A DNA stretch of 64,000 nt from Zhengella sp. (GCF_041397485.1 NZ_JAWKWO010000004.1:3042-67041); one strand, 5' to 3'. Shown: positions 20,147 through 30,396, counted from the stretch's first letter. Translations and numbers: made by a program. The notes: generated by a model from the sequence alone, not told the origin.

Positions 20147-21754
20147 TCAGCTTGCCAGGCGCACCACGGTCATCCGGTCGCGAATCTGTTTGAAGACAGG
20201 TTCGAGATCCTCGGCGGACGGACTGTCGAAATAGTGGTCGGCATCCGTTGCGCAAGCGGAAAGAAGTTTTCCCGTATCGCTGTCGTCGACTTCCAGCCGG
20301 ATCGTGTAGATCTCGATGCCATCGGCCTTGGCATTGGTGCAGGCGGCAAGCGTCTTGGCATTCATCGCCTTGCGCGCATCGTCCACGGAACTGGAGATCC
20401 TGACCCCGTCCATCCGTCCATCGGCCACATAGCCCACGCTGCCATAGCCCGAATGCAGGTCATTGTTCAGCAGGCCATAGGAATTGGCGCCGTCGGTCAG
20501 CAGGATCAGCACCTTCCTGGCGCCACTTGCGCTGCCCTCGGTGAAAGGCGCACGGTTCGAAAGCAGCCGCCAGCCCCACATCACGCCCTCGGTGATATTG
20601 GTCGAGCCATTGGCCTTGTTGGCATTGACCTTGGCCTTGACGGCGGCTGCAGAACTGGTCAGCGGCAACAAGGGTTCCACCTCGCAGCCGTAGCCCGGCC
20701 CCTTGGGGTCCGATTCATTGCCATAGAACCTGGAGGGTGACGTATCCATCGTCACCGTCAGGGCCGGATCGCGCTCGATGATGCCGCCCACCTTGTGCAA
20801 GCCGTATTTGGCCAGCTTCAGGCTCATCCCCACCGGCGTCTTGTCCAGAACGCTGACGTCGGACTTGATGTAATTGTTGGGATAGCGCGGCCAGCCGCCA
20901 GGCCAGCGGTCGTCCGGCTCGTCAATGGCGAAGGTCGGCACGAAAAGCGAGCCGGCATCCGATTTCGTCGGCGCTGTGTCCATCACATCGTGGTCGGCCT
21001 TTTTCGTCGGGTCGCGGGTTTCGACGCAGCCGGGCCATTTCACGCCGAGCGCATGATAGACCTCGAAGCGCGACAGGTTGGCTGGCAATTCGTGCTGATC
21101 GATCTTGACCTGGCCGTAAATGTCCAACCAGTCGGCGCCCGTTCCCTTCACGACCTTGCCCGTCTCGTCGAAGTCGGGCGCATATTGCGGCCCCACATTG
21201 ACGAAGGCGGCATAGGGCACCACGGCGAAATTGAGGTTTGACTTGACCGACACCTGCGCCGACATGGCATCGACGAGCGAGTTGACCGCGTTCTTCATCG
21301 CTGCCAGCTTTGCCCCCTCCATCGACCCGGTCTGGTCGAGCGAGAATGCGATTTCATAGCGCAGCGGCGCATATTCTGCCACGGCATCCCGCGCGATCCG
21401 CCATGTCTGCGTGCCCAGCAGTTCCCCGAAAACGAGGTCCGGCTCCACGGTCGCCGCCACGCGCACCGAATAGCCGTTGCGGTTGACGGTGACCTTCCGC
21501 ACCTTGTCCTGCAGGTTGGCGCCGACAAATTCCCGCGCGATTGCACGGGCCTTCGCATCCGTGATCGTCATTCCTTCCCGGGCAATGGCCAGCGCAGCGC
21601 TGTCCACTGCCTGCTGAAGGCTGCTCGCGCGTTTGGCAAGGTTGGAATAATCGATGGAAACGCCCAAGGCCAGCACGAGCGGAATCGCCAGCGCGCCCGT
21701 CATGAGCGCCATGTTTCCATCCGTCGATCCGAGAAACCGTTTCCATACAGTCAT
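20147..21754 (-). CDS. TadG/TadE-like N-terminal domain + von Willebrand factor A domain protein
   Basis: N-terminus is FLGSTDGNMALMTGALAIPLVLALGVSIDY. vWA blocks are FSLDQTGSM and KVLILLTDGANS. GAGGTGG RBS precedes ATG 21754. Confidence 0.75.
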   Translation of the reverse strand: MTVWKRFLGSTDGNMALMTGALAIPLVLALGVSIDYSNLAKRASSLQQAVDSAALAIAREGMTITDAKARAIAREFVGANLQDKVRKVTVNRNGYSVRVAATVEPDLVFGELLGTQTWRIARDAVAEYAPLRYEIAFSLDQTGSMEGAKLAAMKNAVNSLVDAMSAQVSVKSNLNFAVVPYAAFVNVGPQYAPDFDETGKVVKGTGADWLDIYGQVKIDQHELPANLSRFEVYHALGVKWPGCVETRDPTKKADHDVMDTAPTKSDAGSLFVPTFAIDEPDDRWPGGWPRYPNNYIKSDVSVLDKTPVGMSLKLAKYGLHKVGGIIERDPALTVTMDTSPSRFYGNESDPKGPGYGCEVEPLLPLTSSAAAVKAKVNANKANGSTNITEGVMWGWRLLSNRAPFTEGSASGARKVLILLTDGANSYGLLNNDLHSGYGSVGYVADGRMDGVRISSSVDDARKAMNAKTLAACTNAKADGIEIYTIRLEVDDSDTGKLLSACATDADHYFDSPSAEDLEPVFKQIRDRMTVVRLAS

Positions 21755-22060
21755 CGCTGACCACCTCATTTCCCATGCCCGAAAAGGCCATTCTTCCGGA
21801 CTTCGGCTGGTGACATGGGCAAGTCAGGCGGGCGATGGCATTCACGCCGCCAGGCGCGAAGGCATCGCATGTCCGCAACCGCTCCTCATGAGCGGCAGTT
21901 CCTTCCCGGTCGCATGGTGCGCGGCCGGATAAAGGTTTGCCCTGTTTTCACACTAGGGGAAAAACATTGACATGCCGGCAAGAGTGCCTGGCAATGTTTA
22001 AGCATCAACTTAATTAGTTGATAATACCCGCCGGACTGCCGGGCGCGGCCGCAAGGGCGG

Positions 22061-22993
22061 TCAGACCGGATTGTTGAACGTGTCGCAGGCGGCAAGCTGG
22101 CCGCTCTGCAAGCCACGGGCAAACCAGGTCGCCCTCTGTTTGGACGTGCCGTGATTGAAGCTGTCGGGCACGACATAGCCCTGGCTGCGCTTCTGCAGCG
22201 TATCGTCGCCAATCTGGTGCGCCGCATTCAGCGCTTCCTCGATGTCGCCCTTTTCCAGAAGGCCCTTCTGCGCCGTGTAATGCGCCCAGATGCCGGCATA
22301 GCAATCCGCCTGCAACTCCACCCGCACCGACATGCGGTTGGCCTCTGCCGGGCTCATCGTCCGGCGCATCTGGTTGAAGCGCGGCAGGATACCGGTCAGG
22401 TTCTGCACGTGGTGGCCCACTTCGTGCGCGATCACGTAGGCCTGGGCGAAATCGCCGGATGCCTTGAAGCGGCGTGCCAGCTCATCGAAAAAGGATGTGT
22501 CGAGATAGACCTTGCGGTCGGTCGGACAATAGAACGGGCCGGAAGCGGCGGAGGCGAACCCGCAGGCCGACTGCACCTGTCCGGAGAAAAGCACCAGCGT
22601 CGGTTCCCTGTAGCGCTCGCCCGCCGCTTCGAGAATGCCAGGCCAGGTGTCCTCGGTCTCGGCCAGGATCGTGGCCACGAACCGGCCTGTCTCGTCGCTC
22701 GGAGCGCCCGTGCCGGGGGCCGGTTGTGTCTGCTGGCCGGCAATCGGCCCCGAACCGCCCTCAAGTCCCTCAAGCACCTGCAACGGGTCGATGCCGAAGG
22801 CCCGGAGCGCGAAGAACAGAACGACGAGGATGATGATGCCGGAAATGCCGCCGCCGCGCCGCCCGCCCATGCCGGAGCCGCCCATGGGGATGCGGATGCG
22901 CCCGCCGCCTCGCCCGATACCGCCCCCCGAGCGGCCGCCGCGGCCACGCAGATCCTCGACATTGTCCGACTGTCTGCGGCCTTTCCAGCGCAT
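22061..22993 (-). CDS. ypfJ: YpfJ-family neutral zinc metallopeptidase
   Basis: N-terminus is MRWKGRRQSDNVEDLRG. One TM segment is present. FYCPTDRKVYLD and AYVIAHEVGHHVQ (HExxH) are present. Confidence 0.85.
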   Translation of the reverse strand: MRWKGRRQSDNVEDLRGRGGRSGGGIGRGGGRIRIPMGGSGMGGRRGGGISGIIILVVLFFALRAFGIDPLQVLEGLEGGSGPIAGQQTQPAPGTGAPSDETGRFVATILAETEDTWPGILEAAGERYREPTLVLFSGQVQSACGFASAASGPFYCPTDRKVYLDTSFFDELARRFKASGDFAQAYVIAHEVGHHVQNLTGILPRFNQMRRTMSPAEANRMSVRVELQADCYAGIWAHYTAQKGLLEKGDIEEALNAAHQIGDDTLQKRSQGYVVPDSFNHGTSKQRATWFARGLQSGQLAACDTFNNPV

Positions 22994-23090
22994 GGTCTGG
23001 CTCCATCGTGTTTTCGCCGTTCCTTAATGCCGCAAAGCCCCGCCCGGTTCAACTGGAACGAAGCCGGCGGCAAGGGGCCGAAACACAGGA

Positions 23091-24155
23091 TCAGGCACGA
23101 TAGCCCGCTTGCACGAGGGCGCGCATGCCTGCCAGTCCGATGGAAAAGCCGGACACGAGGGCAAGCGGCAGTGCGATTGTCAGGCTGTCGGCGAGAGCCG
23201 GGTTGATGTCCCGCGCGGCGCCTGCGGCAAACCGTGACAGGAAAATCACCACGATCAGCACCATGGAGACCCATTCGCCCGGCACGTGAACCCGGTCCAG
23301 GTCGTCGACGACGGCGGCGTCACCGCGCCCCACCCGCTCGCCGGCCAGCGACCCGGCGGTCAACGCCGCGACCAGCATGGCCGCCGCCGCAAGCGACGCG
23401 CCATTGGCGAAGAACGAGGCAAGCCCGATCCCGCACAGCACGACGGGAAGGATCATCAGCCGCGTCTTGCTGACGATGCGCGGTCGCGACCGGCTCCAGC
23501 CCAGCCAGAGCGATGCGGCGAGCAGCGGCCACACCCAGAGCGGGGCGTGCGTGGCAATCTGCGTTACGTCCGGCGCCGCCATCGCATCGTGGCCGGCGCC
23601 CAGCAGGAACATCGGCGCCAGCAGCACGGCCAGACCGGTTCCGGCCACCCCCGTCTTTCGCCGCGACAGCCAGTCGAACCGCCCGCCGCGCCTGACATGA
23701 ACCACCACGGCCCCGCAGATCGCGGCCAGCAGGATCACCAGCGGCCAGGCCGCCTTCGATCCGCCCAGCAGAACCTCGTTCATCAGGCGGCCCGGCACCA
23801 GCGTGAACGCCCCGGCAAGGCCGATGGCGCTCCAGTACATGCCGACCACGGCCTTGCGGTGAAACGAGATGCGCCGGGTGCGCGCCGACCAGACCACGAG
23901 GCCGCTGCTCACCAGCGTCAGGACCGAGAGCAGGTGGATCGGCGAGAATGGCCCGACCATGCGGATGGTGTGGATGAAGAAGGACGTGATCGACGTCATG
24001 ACCATCAGCGCCAGCCACACGCGGCCGAGCACCTTGTGCAGCCGTGTGCCCTTGCGCCCGAACAGCATCCAGGCGCCGAGCACGGCGGCGGGGACGACGG
24101 TCAGGACATGGATCTGGATGGCCAGCGGCGCGTTGAGGAGCGGGTCGAGGGTCAT
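23091..24155 (-). CDS. Polytopic membrane protein: DUF2306-like N-terminal half fused to a second multi-TM module
   Basis: GGAGA RBS is present. MTLDPLLNAPLAIQIHVLTVVPAAVLGAWMLF...PIHLLS fits DUF2306. About 210 more residues follow, with 5-6 hydrophobic spans. Confidence 0.6.
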   Translation of the reverse strand: MTLDPLLNAPLAIQIHVLTVVPAAVLGAWMLFGRKGTRLHKVLGRVWLALMVMTSITSFFIHTIRMVGPFSPIHLLSVLTLVSSGLVVWSARTRRISFHRKAVVGMYWSAIGLAGAFTLVPGRLMNEVLLGGSKAAWPLVILLAAICGAVVVHVRRGGRFDWLSRRKTGVAGTGLAVLLAPMFLLGAGHDAMAAPDVTQIATHAPLWVWPLLAASLWLGWSRSRPRIVSKTRLMILPVVLCGIGLASFFANGASLAAAAMLVAALTAGSLAGERVGRGDAAVVDDLDRVHVPGEWVSMVLIVVIFLSRFAAGAARDINPALADSLTIALPLALVSGFSIGLAGMRALVQAGYRA

Positions 24156-24262
24156 GGTGTATCTCCGTTGGCAAGGCAATTGCCCGTTGCACTTTCGCCG
24201 TCAAGACGCCATGGTCGCCGCTCCACTGCAAAAAGCCATGCGCGGACCGGCCGGAGAACTTC

Positions 24263-25075
24263 GTGAAAGAGACCATTCTGCAATCCACGCTTCGCGAATT
24301 GCAGACGATCCTGGCGAGTCCGCGGCTGTGGCTGGTGTTCGCCGCATCTGTCATCCTCTTCACTGCAACCGGCCCGTTCGGCACGCTGGAAGCGCTCGCC
24401 CTGCCTGCCCGCCTCGGCTACTGGCTGATCGTGCAGAGCCTGACATGGCTGGTCGCGCTGCTTTTCGTCGTCTTCTTCAATGCCGCGCTCGAACGCCATG
24501 TTGCCCATGCCCTGCCGCGCATGCTCGTCGGCGCCGCGCTGTCGGCCCTGCCCATGGGGCTGGTCCTGCTGATCGTCAATGCAGGCCTGCGGAATGCACC
24601 CGTGTCGATGGCCGAACTTGTCTCGGACGTCCTTACCGCGCTGCCCATCGCACTGGTCATGTGCCTTCTGTCATGGCTGGCGCTGGACGGAACCCGCCCT
24701 GGTGATTCCGCCGCTCCGGAACCGGCGCTGGATGCGCCACACCCGGCGGCACCGGCACGCCCTGCCCTGCTGGACCGCTTGCCGGCGGAAAAGCGTGGCG
24801 CGCTGGTTCGCCTTGAAGTGCAGGACCACTACGTCGTCGTCGTCACCACGCGCGGGCGCGAAATGCTGCTGATGCGCCTTGCCGATGCCATGCGCGAGAC
24901 CGCGCCGGCCGAAGGCCGCCAGGTCCATCGTTCCCACTGGGCCGCGAGGCAGGGCGCTGAAGCCCTGGAGCGCGAATCCGGCAAGAATGGCCGCCTGTTC
25001 CTGCGCATGACGGATGGAATGAAGGTGCCAGTCAGCCGTGCGAACGCCGCTGCCGTGAAAGCATGGCTGGAATAG
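24263..25075 (+). CDS. Membrane-anchored LytTR-domain DNA-binding protein
   Basis: GTG start. About 4 TM spans are followed by LVRLEVQDHYVVVVTTRGREMLLMRLADAM...VHRSHW...VPVSR (LytTR pattern). Confidence 0.75.
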   Translation: MKETILQSTLRELQTILASPRLWLVFAASVILFTATGPFGTLEALALPARLGYWLIVQSLTWLVALLFVVFFNAALERHVAHALPRMLVGAALSALPMGLVLLIVNAGLRNAPVSMAELVSDVLTALPIALVMCLLSWLALDGTRPGDSAAPEPALDAPHPAAPARPALLDRLPAEKRGALVRLEVQDHYVVVVTTRGREMLLMRLADAMRETAPAEGRQVHRSHWAARQGAEALERESGKNGRLFLRMTDGMKVPVSRANAAAVKAWLE

Positions 25076-25249
25076 CGCCGCCGGTTCGCGCGCGCGGCCT
25101 GTCGATTCCGTGCCGGAAGCGCCATTTCCGGGGTTCCCACGCGTGACCCTCTCCCCTATAAGGCCCACCTAGCCTTGAGAGAACGAGTCCCGCCGCCGGC
25201 CGGTTTTCCGCGCCGGCCTTTGCGCGCGAACGAGAGCCGGAAGACACCC

Positions 25250-28200
25250 ATGCCCAAGCGTACAGATATCAAGTCGATCCTCGTCATCGGAGCTGGCCCC
25301 ATCATCATCGGCCAGGCCTGCGAATTCGACTATTCCGGCACCCAGGCCTGCAAGGCGCTCAAGGCCGAGGGCTATCGCATCATCCTGGTCAATTCCAATC
25401 CGGCCACCATCATGACGGACCCGGAACTGGCCGACGCCACCTATGTCGAGCCGATCACGCCGGAAGTCGTGGCCAAGATCATCGCCAAGGAACGCCCGGA
25501 TGCGCTTCTGCCCACCATGGGCGGACAGACGGCGCTCAACACTGCCCTTTCCCTGCGCCGCATGGGCATTCTGGAGCGCTACGGCGTGGAGATGATCGGC
25601 GCCAATGCCGAGGCCATCGACAAGGCCGAGGATCGCGCCCTGTTCCGCGAGGCCATGGCGAAGATCGGGCTGGAAACGCCAAAGTCGATGCTGGCCAATG
25701 CCACCGACGTGAAGGATGCCGACCGCAAGGCGCATGAGGCCAAGCGCGCGGAACTGAAGACCCGCCTTTCCGGCGACGATCTCGACAAGGCGCTCGACGA
25801 TCTCGAAACCGAATGGAATCTCGGCGAAGGCGACCGCAAGCAGCGCTACATGCGCCACGCCATGGGCATCGCCGCCACCGCGATCGACCAGGTCGGCCTG
25901 CCGGCCATCATCCGCCCCTCATTCACGCTGGGCGGCACCGGCGGCGGCATCGCCTATAACGAGGCGGAATTCTTCCAGATCGTGCAATCGGGCCTCGATG
26001 CCTCGCCGACCACCGAGGTGCTCATCGAGGAGAGCGTGCTCGGCTGGAAGGAATACGAGATGGAGGTCGTCCGCGACAAGGCGGACAACTGCATCATCAT
26101 CTGCTCCATCGAGAACATCGATCCGATGGGGGTCCATACCGGCGATTCCATTACCGTGGCTCCGGCGCTGACGTTGACGGACAAGGAATACCAGATCATG
26201 CGCAACGCCTCCATCGCGGTGCTGCGCGAGATCGGCGTGGAGACCGGCGGCTCCAACGTGCAATTCGCCGTCAATCCGCAAAACGGCCGTCTCGTCGTCA
26301 TCGAGATGAACCCGCGCGTCTCGCGCTCCTCGGCGCTCGCCTCCAAGGCCACCGGCTTCCCCATTGCCAAGGTCGCCGCGCGCCTCGCCGTCGGCTACAC
26401 GCTGGATGAACTGGAGAACGACATCACCGGCGGCGCCACGCCGGCCTCCTTCGAGCCGTCGATCGACTATGTCGTCACCAAGATCCCGCGCTTCGCCTTC
26501 GAGAAGTTCCCCGGCGCCTCGCCCACCCTGACCACCGCGATGAAATCGGTCGGCGAGGTCATGGCCATTGGCCGCACCTTTGCCGAATCCCTGCAAAAGG
26601 CCCTGCGCGGGCTGGAAACCGGCCTGACCGGCCTCGACGAGATCGAGATCCCCGGCCTTGGCGGTGAGGACGACCGCAATGCCATCCGCGCCGCCATCGG
26701 CACGCCGACGCCCGACCGCCTGCGCATGGTCGCCCAGGCGATACGGCTGGGTACCTCGCTCGCCGACATCCACGAGATGTGCCGCATCGACATGTGGTTC
26801 CTCGAACAGCTCAAGGCGATCATCGACACCGAGGCGCGCATCCGGGAGCACGGTCTGCCGGACGATGCGCAGAACCTGCGCATGCTGAAATCCATGGGCT
26901 TTTCCGATTCCCGCCTTGCCTCGCTCACCGGCGCCGAGGAGGCCGAGGTCAAGGCCCTGCGCGATCGGCTGGACGTGCATCCCGTCTTCAAGCGCATCGA
27001 CACCTGCGCCGCCGAGTTCGCCTCGCCGACCGCCTACATGTACTCGACCTATGAGACACCCTTTGCCGGCGCGCTCGCCGACGAGGCCCAGGTTTCGGAC
27101 CGCAACAAGGTAGTGATCCTGGGCGGTGGTCCGAACCGCATCGGCCAGGGCATCGAATTCGACTATTGCTGCTGCCATGCCGCCTTTGCGCTGGCCGATG
27201 CCGGCTATGAATCGATCATGATCAACTGCAACCCGGAAACCGTGTCGACCGATTACGACACCTCCGATCGGCTCTATTTCGAGCCGCTGACCGCCGAGGA
27301 CGTGCTGGAGATCCTGCGCGCCGAACAGGCGAAGGGCACGCTGCATGGCGTGATCGTGCAGTTCGGCGGCCAGACGCCGCTGAAACTTGCCGATGCGCTG
27401 GAACGTGCCGGCATACCCATCCTCGGCACGTCGCCCGACGCCATCGACCTGGCCGAGGATCGCGACCGCTTCCAGAAACTGCTGACAAGGCTGAACCTGA
27501 CCCAGCCGAAGAACGGCATTGCCTATTCGGTGGAGCAGGCCCGCCTCGTGGCCGGCGAACTGGGCTTCCCGCTGGTCGTGCGCCCCTCCTACGTGCTGGG
27601 CGGCCGCGCCATGCAGATCATCCATGACGACGCGATGTTGTCCAACTACCTGCTTGGCACGGTGCCGGAACTGGTGCCCGAGGACATCAAGGCGCGCTAC
27701 CCCAACGACAAGACCGGTCAGATCAACACGCTGCTCGGCCGCAACCCGCTGCTTTTCGACACCTATCTGGCCGGCGCCATCGAGGTGGATGTCGATTGCC
27801 TGTGCGACGGCGACAAGACCTTCGTTTCCGGCATCATGGAACATATCGAGGAAGCCGGCATCCATTCCGGCGACAGCGCCTGTTCGCTGCCGGTCCATTC
27901 GCTCGGCAAGGACATGGTGGCCGAACTGGAAGCGCAGACCGTCGCGCTGGCCCGCGCGCTCAAGGTCGGCGGCCTGATGAACGTGCAGTATGCCATCAAG
28001 GACGGAACGGTCTATATCCTGGAGGTCAATCCGCGCGCCTCGCGCACCGTGCCCTTCGTCGCCAAGACGATCGGCCGCCCGATCGCCAAGATCGCCGCCC
28101 GCATCATGGCCGGCGAGAACCTCGACAGCGCTTTCGCCCACTATGGCGACAAGCCGGATGTGAACGCACTCGGCCACATCGCGGTGAAGGAAGCCGTCTT

Positions 28201-28735
28201 CCCCTTCGCCCGCTTCCCCGGCGTCGACACGCTTCTGGGACCGGAAATGCGCTCCACGGGCGAGGTCATCGGCCTCGACCGCGACTATCACCTTGCCTTC
28301 GCCAAGGCACAGCTTGGCGCCGGCGTCGACCTGCCGCGCAACGGCACGCTCTTCGTCTCCGTGCGCGACGAGGACAAGGCCGCCGTCCTGCCCAGCGTCA
28401 AGCGTCTGGCCGCGGCCGGGTTCCGTGTCCTGGCCACCGGCGGCACGCAGCGCTACCTGGCCGAGAACGGCGTGGAGGCCGAGAAGATCAACAAGGTGCT
28501 CGAAGGCCGTCCGCATGTCGAGGACGCCATCCGCAACCGCCAGGTCCAGATCGTCTTCAACACGACCGACAGCCAGAAGGCGGTGTCGGATTCCAAGTCC
28601 CTGCGCCGTGCGGCCCTGATGCAGAAAGTGCCCTATTACACCACGATTGCCGGGGCCGATGCCGTGGCCCATGCCATCGTTGCGCTGAAGGCCGGCAATC
28701 TGGAGGTTCGCCCGCTACAGGCCTATTTCGCGTAA
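25250..28735 (+). CDS. carB: Carbamoyl-phosphate synthase large subunit
   Basis: N-terminus is [34 protein letters not shown] duplicated ATP-grasp is visible (second copy [21 protein letters not shown]). 1161 aa. Confidence 0.98.
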   Translation: MPKRTDIKSILVIGAGPIIIGQACEFDYSGTQACKALKAEGYRIILVNSNPATIMTDPELADATYVEPITPEVVAKIIAKERPDALLPTMGGQTALNTALSLRRMGILERYGVEMIGANAEAIDKAEDRALFREAMAKIGLETPKSMLANATDVKDADRKAHEAKRAELKTRLSGDDLDKALDDLETEWNLGEGDRKQRYMRHAMGIAATAIDQVGLPAIIRPSFTLGGTGGGIAYNEAEFFQIVQSGLDASPTTEVLIEESVLGWKEYEMEVVRDKADNCIIICSIENIDPMGVHTGDSITVAPALTLTDKEYQIMRNASIAVLREIGVETGGSNVQFAVNPQNGRLVVIEMNPRVSRSSALASKATGFPIAKVAARLAVGYTLDELENDITGGATPASFEPSIDYVVTKIPRFAFEKFPGASPTLTTAMKSVGEVMAIGRTFAESLQKALRGLETGLTGLDEIEIPGLGGEDDRNAIRAAIGTPTPDRLRMVAQAIRLGTSLADIHEMCRIDMWFLEQLKAIIDTEARIREHGLPDDAQNLRMLKSMGFSDSRLASLTGAEEAEVKALRDRLDVHPVFKRIDTCAAEFASPTAYMYSTYETPFAGALADEAQVSDRNKVVILGGGPNRIGQGIEFDYCCCHAAFALADAGYESIMINCNPETVSTDYDTSDRLYFEPLTAEDVLEILRAEQAKGTLHGVIVQFGGQTPLKLADALERAGIPILGTSPDAIDLAEDRDRFQKLLTRLNLTQPKNGIAYSVEQARLVAGELGFPLVVRPSYVLGGRAMQIIHDDAMLSNYLLGTVPELVPEDIKARYPNDKTGQINTLLGRNPLLFDTYLAGAIEVDVDCLCDGDKTFVSGIMEHIEEAGIHSGDSACSLPVHSLGKDMVAELEAQTVALARALKVGGLMNVQYAIKDGTVYILEVNPRASRTVPFVAKTIGRPIAKIAARIMAGENLDSAFAHYGDKPDVNALGHIAVKEAVFPFARFPGVDTLLGPEMRSTGEVIGLDRDYHLAFAKAQLGAGVDLPRNGTLFVSVRDEDKAAVLPSVKRLAAAGFRVLATGGTQRYLAENGVEAEKINKVLEGRPHVEDAIRNRQVQIVFNTTDSQKAVSDSKSLRRAALMQKVPYYTTIAGADAVAHAIVALKAGNLEVRPLQAYFA

Positions 28736-28759
28736 GGGCTTTTCCGGCACGGCTGGCAA

Positions 28760-28798
28760 TTGACGCAATTTTCTCATGCGCATAATTTATGCGCATGA
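28760..28798 (+). promoter_or_regulatory. ccdAB promoter (TTGACG-N17-TAATTT) overlapped by a 25-bp perfect palindromic operator
   Basis: TCATGCGCATAA-T-TTATGCGCATGA spans 28774-28798. It covers the -10 hexamer and both candidate ccdA ATGs. Confidence 0.65.
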
Positions 28799-29049
28799 AA
28801 CACGAACGCCCGTCCCGCAAGACCGCCACGAACCTCTCCATCAATGCCCACCTGGTGGAGGAAGCCAGGGCGCTTGGCCTCAACCTTTCCGAAATGGCCG
28901 AGCGCGGCATTGCCGAAGCGGTGCAGGCGGAAAAGGAACGCCGCTGGAAGGAAGAGAACGCCGAGGCCTTCCGTCAGCACAACGAATGGGTGGAGAAGAA
29001 CGGATTGCCCCTGGAAGCTTACAGGACATTCCGGATCGGCCCAGTTTGA
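28795..29049 (+). CDS. ccdA: CcdA-family type II antitoxin
   Basis: KTATNLSINAHLVEEARALGLNLSEMAERGIAEAV...RWKEENAEAFRQHNEWVEKNGL fits the CcdA family. The alternative ATG is at 28789. Confidence 0.8.
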   Translation: MKHERPSRKTATNLSINAHLVEEARALGLNLSEMAERGIAEAVQAEKERRWKEENAEAFRQHNEWVEKNGLPLEAYRTFRIGPV

Positions 29050-29335
29050 CCTCTTCTGGAACGATGCGGAATCGTTCTGGCTCGTTGACGTACAGCACGA
29101 CTTGATTTCGAGCCTGGCAACGCGGGTTGTCATCCCGCTACTTCCTGCTGCATCTGCGCCTCGGCCGATAGAGCGGCTCAACCCCGTGATACGGATCGAT
29201 CATGCGGACCATGTACTGATGACCGATCAACTGTCAGCGGTACAGCGCTCGCTTCTCGGTGAGGCTAGGGGAAACATCGCCGGCCAGCGCGACCGGATCG
29301 TCGCGGCCGTCGATCTTCTCGTCACCGGCATCTGA
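29036..29335 (+). CDS. ccdB: CcdB-family toxin homologue lacking a canonical start codon (possibly inactivated)
   Basis: (S)AQFDLFWN...LVDVQHDLISSLATRVVIPLL...RLNPVIRIDHADHVLMTDQLSAV...DRIVAAVDLLVTGI aligns along the full CcdB length. The position where Met is expected is TCG-GCC. Confidence 0.6.
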   Translation, partial: SAQFDLFWNDAESFWLVDVQHDLISSLATRVVIPLLPAASAPRPIERLNPVIRIDHADHVLMTDQLSAVQRSLLGEARGNIAGQRDRIVAAVDLLVTGI

Positions 29336-29356
29336 GCGTCGGCCGGGCCGGCGTCC

Positions 29357-29665
29357 TCAGTCGTCCTTCAGCCAGACCGGATCCTTGCAGGCCTGGACGG
29401 GGCATTCCAGCGTGTCAGCGGTGGGGATGAATTCGGTCTTGGGCACCTGCCCGCGCGGGCAAAACCCGCCATGCTCGACAAACCGGTCGTAGCGGGTGAT
29501 GCCCGAACCCGATGTCGACGTGTAGCGCAGGATGGCCGCGCCCTCGGCATGGATGATGTCCTGCACCTCGCCGCAGGTGCGATGGTCGATGTTGTACCGG
29601 TTGATGGCATGGGCCGGTGCGGTGGCCAGAATGGCGGCTGTCAATGCGAGCAACAAGCGTTTCAT
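29357..29665 (-). CDS. Small secreted 4-Cys protein, function unknown
   Basis: AAGGAG RBS is present. Signal peptide is MKRLLLALTAAILATAPAHA. 102 aa. Confidence 0.55.
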   Translation of the reverse strand: MKRLLLALTAAILATAPAHAINRYNIDHRTCGEVQDIIHAEGAAILRYTSTSGSGITRYDRFVEHGGFCPRGQVPKTEFIPTADTLECPVQACKDPVWLKDD

Positions 29666-29769
29666 CACGAGGACTCCTTTGGACCGGGTCGATGCATCAC
29701 CCCTTTCCATACAGGATGGCACCTTGCCGGCCAAAGACAAGACAAGGCAGGCCCTCCCTGTGACAAGGA

Positions 29770-30396
29770 TCACGCCGGATTGTCTCCAAGCCAGTCCAGC
29801 GGCACATGGGGCGCATCCGCCTCGACCCGGGCCAGCCAGGCGACAATGGCCGGAAAGCGCGCAAGGTCGAAGCCGCCACGGGTGCCTGCACTATGCGTAT
29901 AGGCATAGAGGGCCAGATCGGCCGCGCTGATCGTCCCGCCCACCAGGAAAGGCGTTTTCTCAAGCTGCGTTTCCATCACGGCGAGATTGCGGTGCCCGGC
30001 CTCCAGCAGCGGATCGAGAATTTCCGGCCGCCGCTCGCCCGCCCGGTGATCGTAGCAAAGGATCGCGGCGCGCACCGCGATGGTCGCCTCATGTGAGTTC
30101 TGCTCCCAGAACATCCACTGATGTACTTTTGCACGCGCAAACCGGTCATCGGGAAGGAACCGCGTCCCCTCGGAAAGATAAAGCAGGATGGCATTGGACT
30201 CCGACAGCAGCCGCCCGTCCTCGAATTGCACCAGCGGCACCCGCCCATGCGGGTTGAGTGCGCGGAACCGGGCGCTTGTCGTGACGCCGGAGCCGTATTC
30301 GGCGGCCACGTGACGAAACGGCATGCCCAGTTTGGCAAGCAGAAGCCGCACCTTGTAGCTGTTGCCGGAACTGGGCATGGAATAGAGCGTGAGCAT
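29770..30396 (-). CDS. Glutathione S-transferase
   Basis: N-terminus is MLTLYSMPSSGNSYKVRLLLAKLG, followed by NPHGRVPLVQFEDGRLLSESNAILLYL. 208 aa. Confidence 0.85.
   Translation of the reverse strand: MLTLYSMPSSGNSYKVRLLLAKLGMPFRHVAAEYGSGVTTSARFRALNPHGRVPLVQFEDGRLLSESNAILLYLSEGTRFLPDDRFARAKVHQWMFWEQNSHEATIAVRAAILCYDHRAGERRPEILDPLLEAGHRNLAVMETQLEKTPFLVGGTISAADLALYAYTHSAGTRGGFDLARFPAIVAWLARVEADAPHVPLDWLGDNPA

Noticed and set aside
21989-22004. Sigma-54-like element TGGCAATGTTTAAGCA with correct GG/GC spacing
   Set aside because: It points rightwards into the 3' end of the convergent ypfJ gene, so there is no plus-strand gene to drive. It is probably a chance match inside an AT-rich inverted-repeat region.
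25919-28672. 917-codon minus-strand ORF
   Set aside because: It is the antisense shadow of carB.
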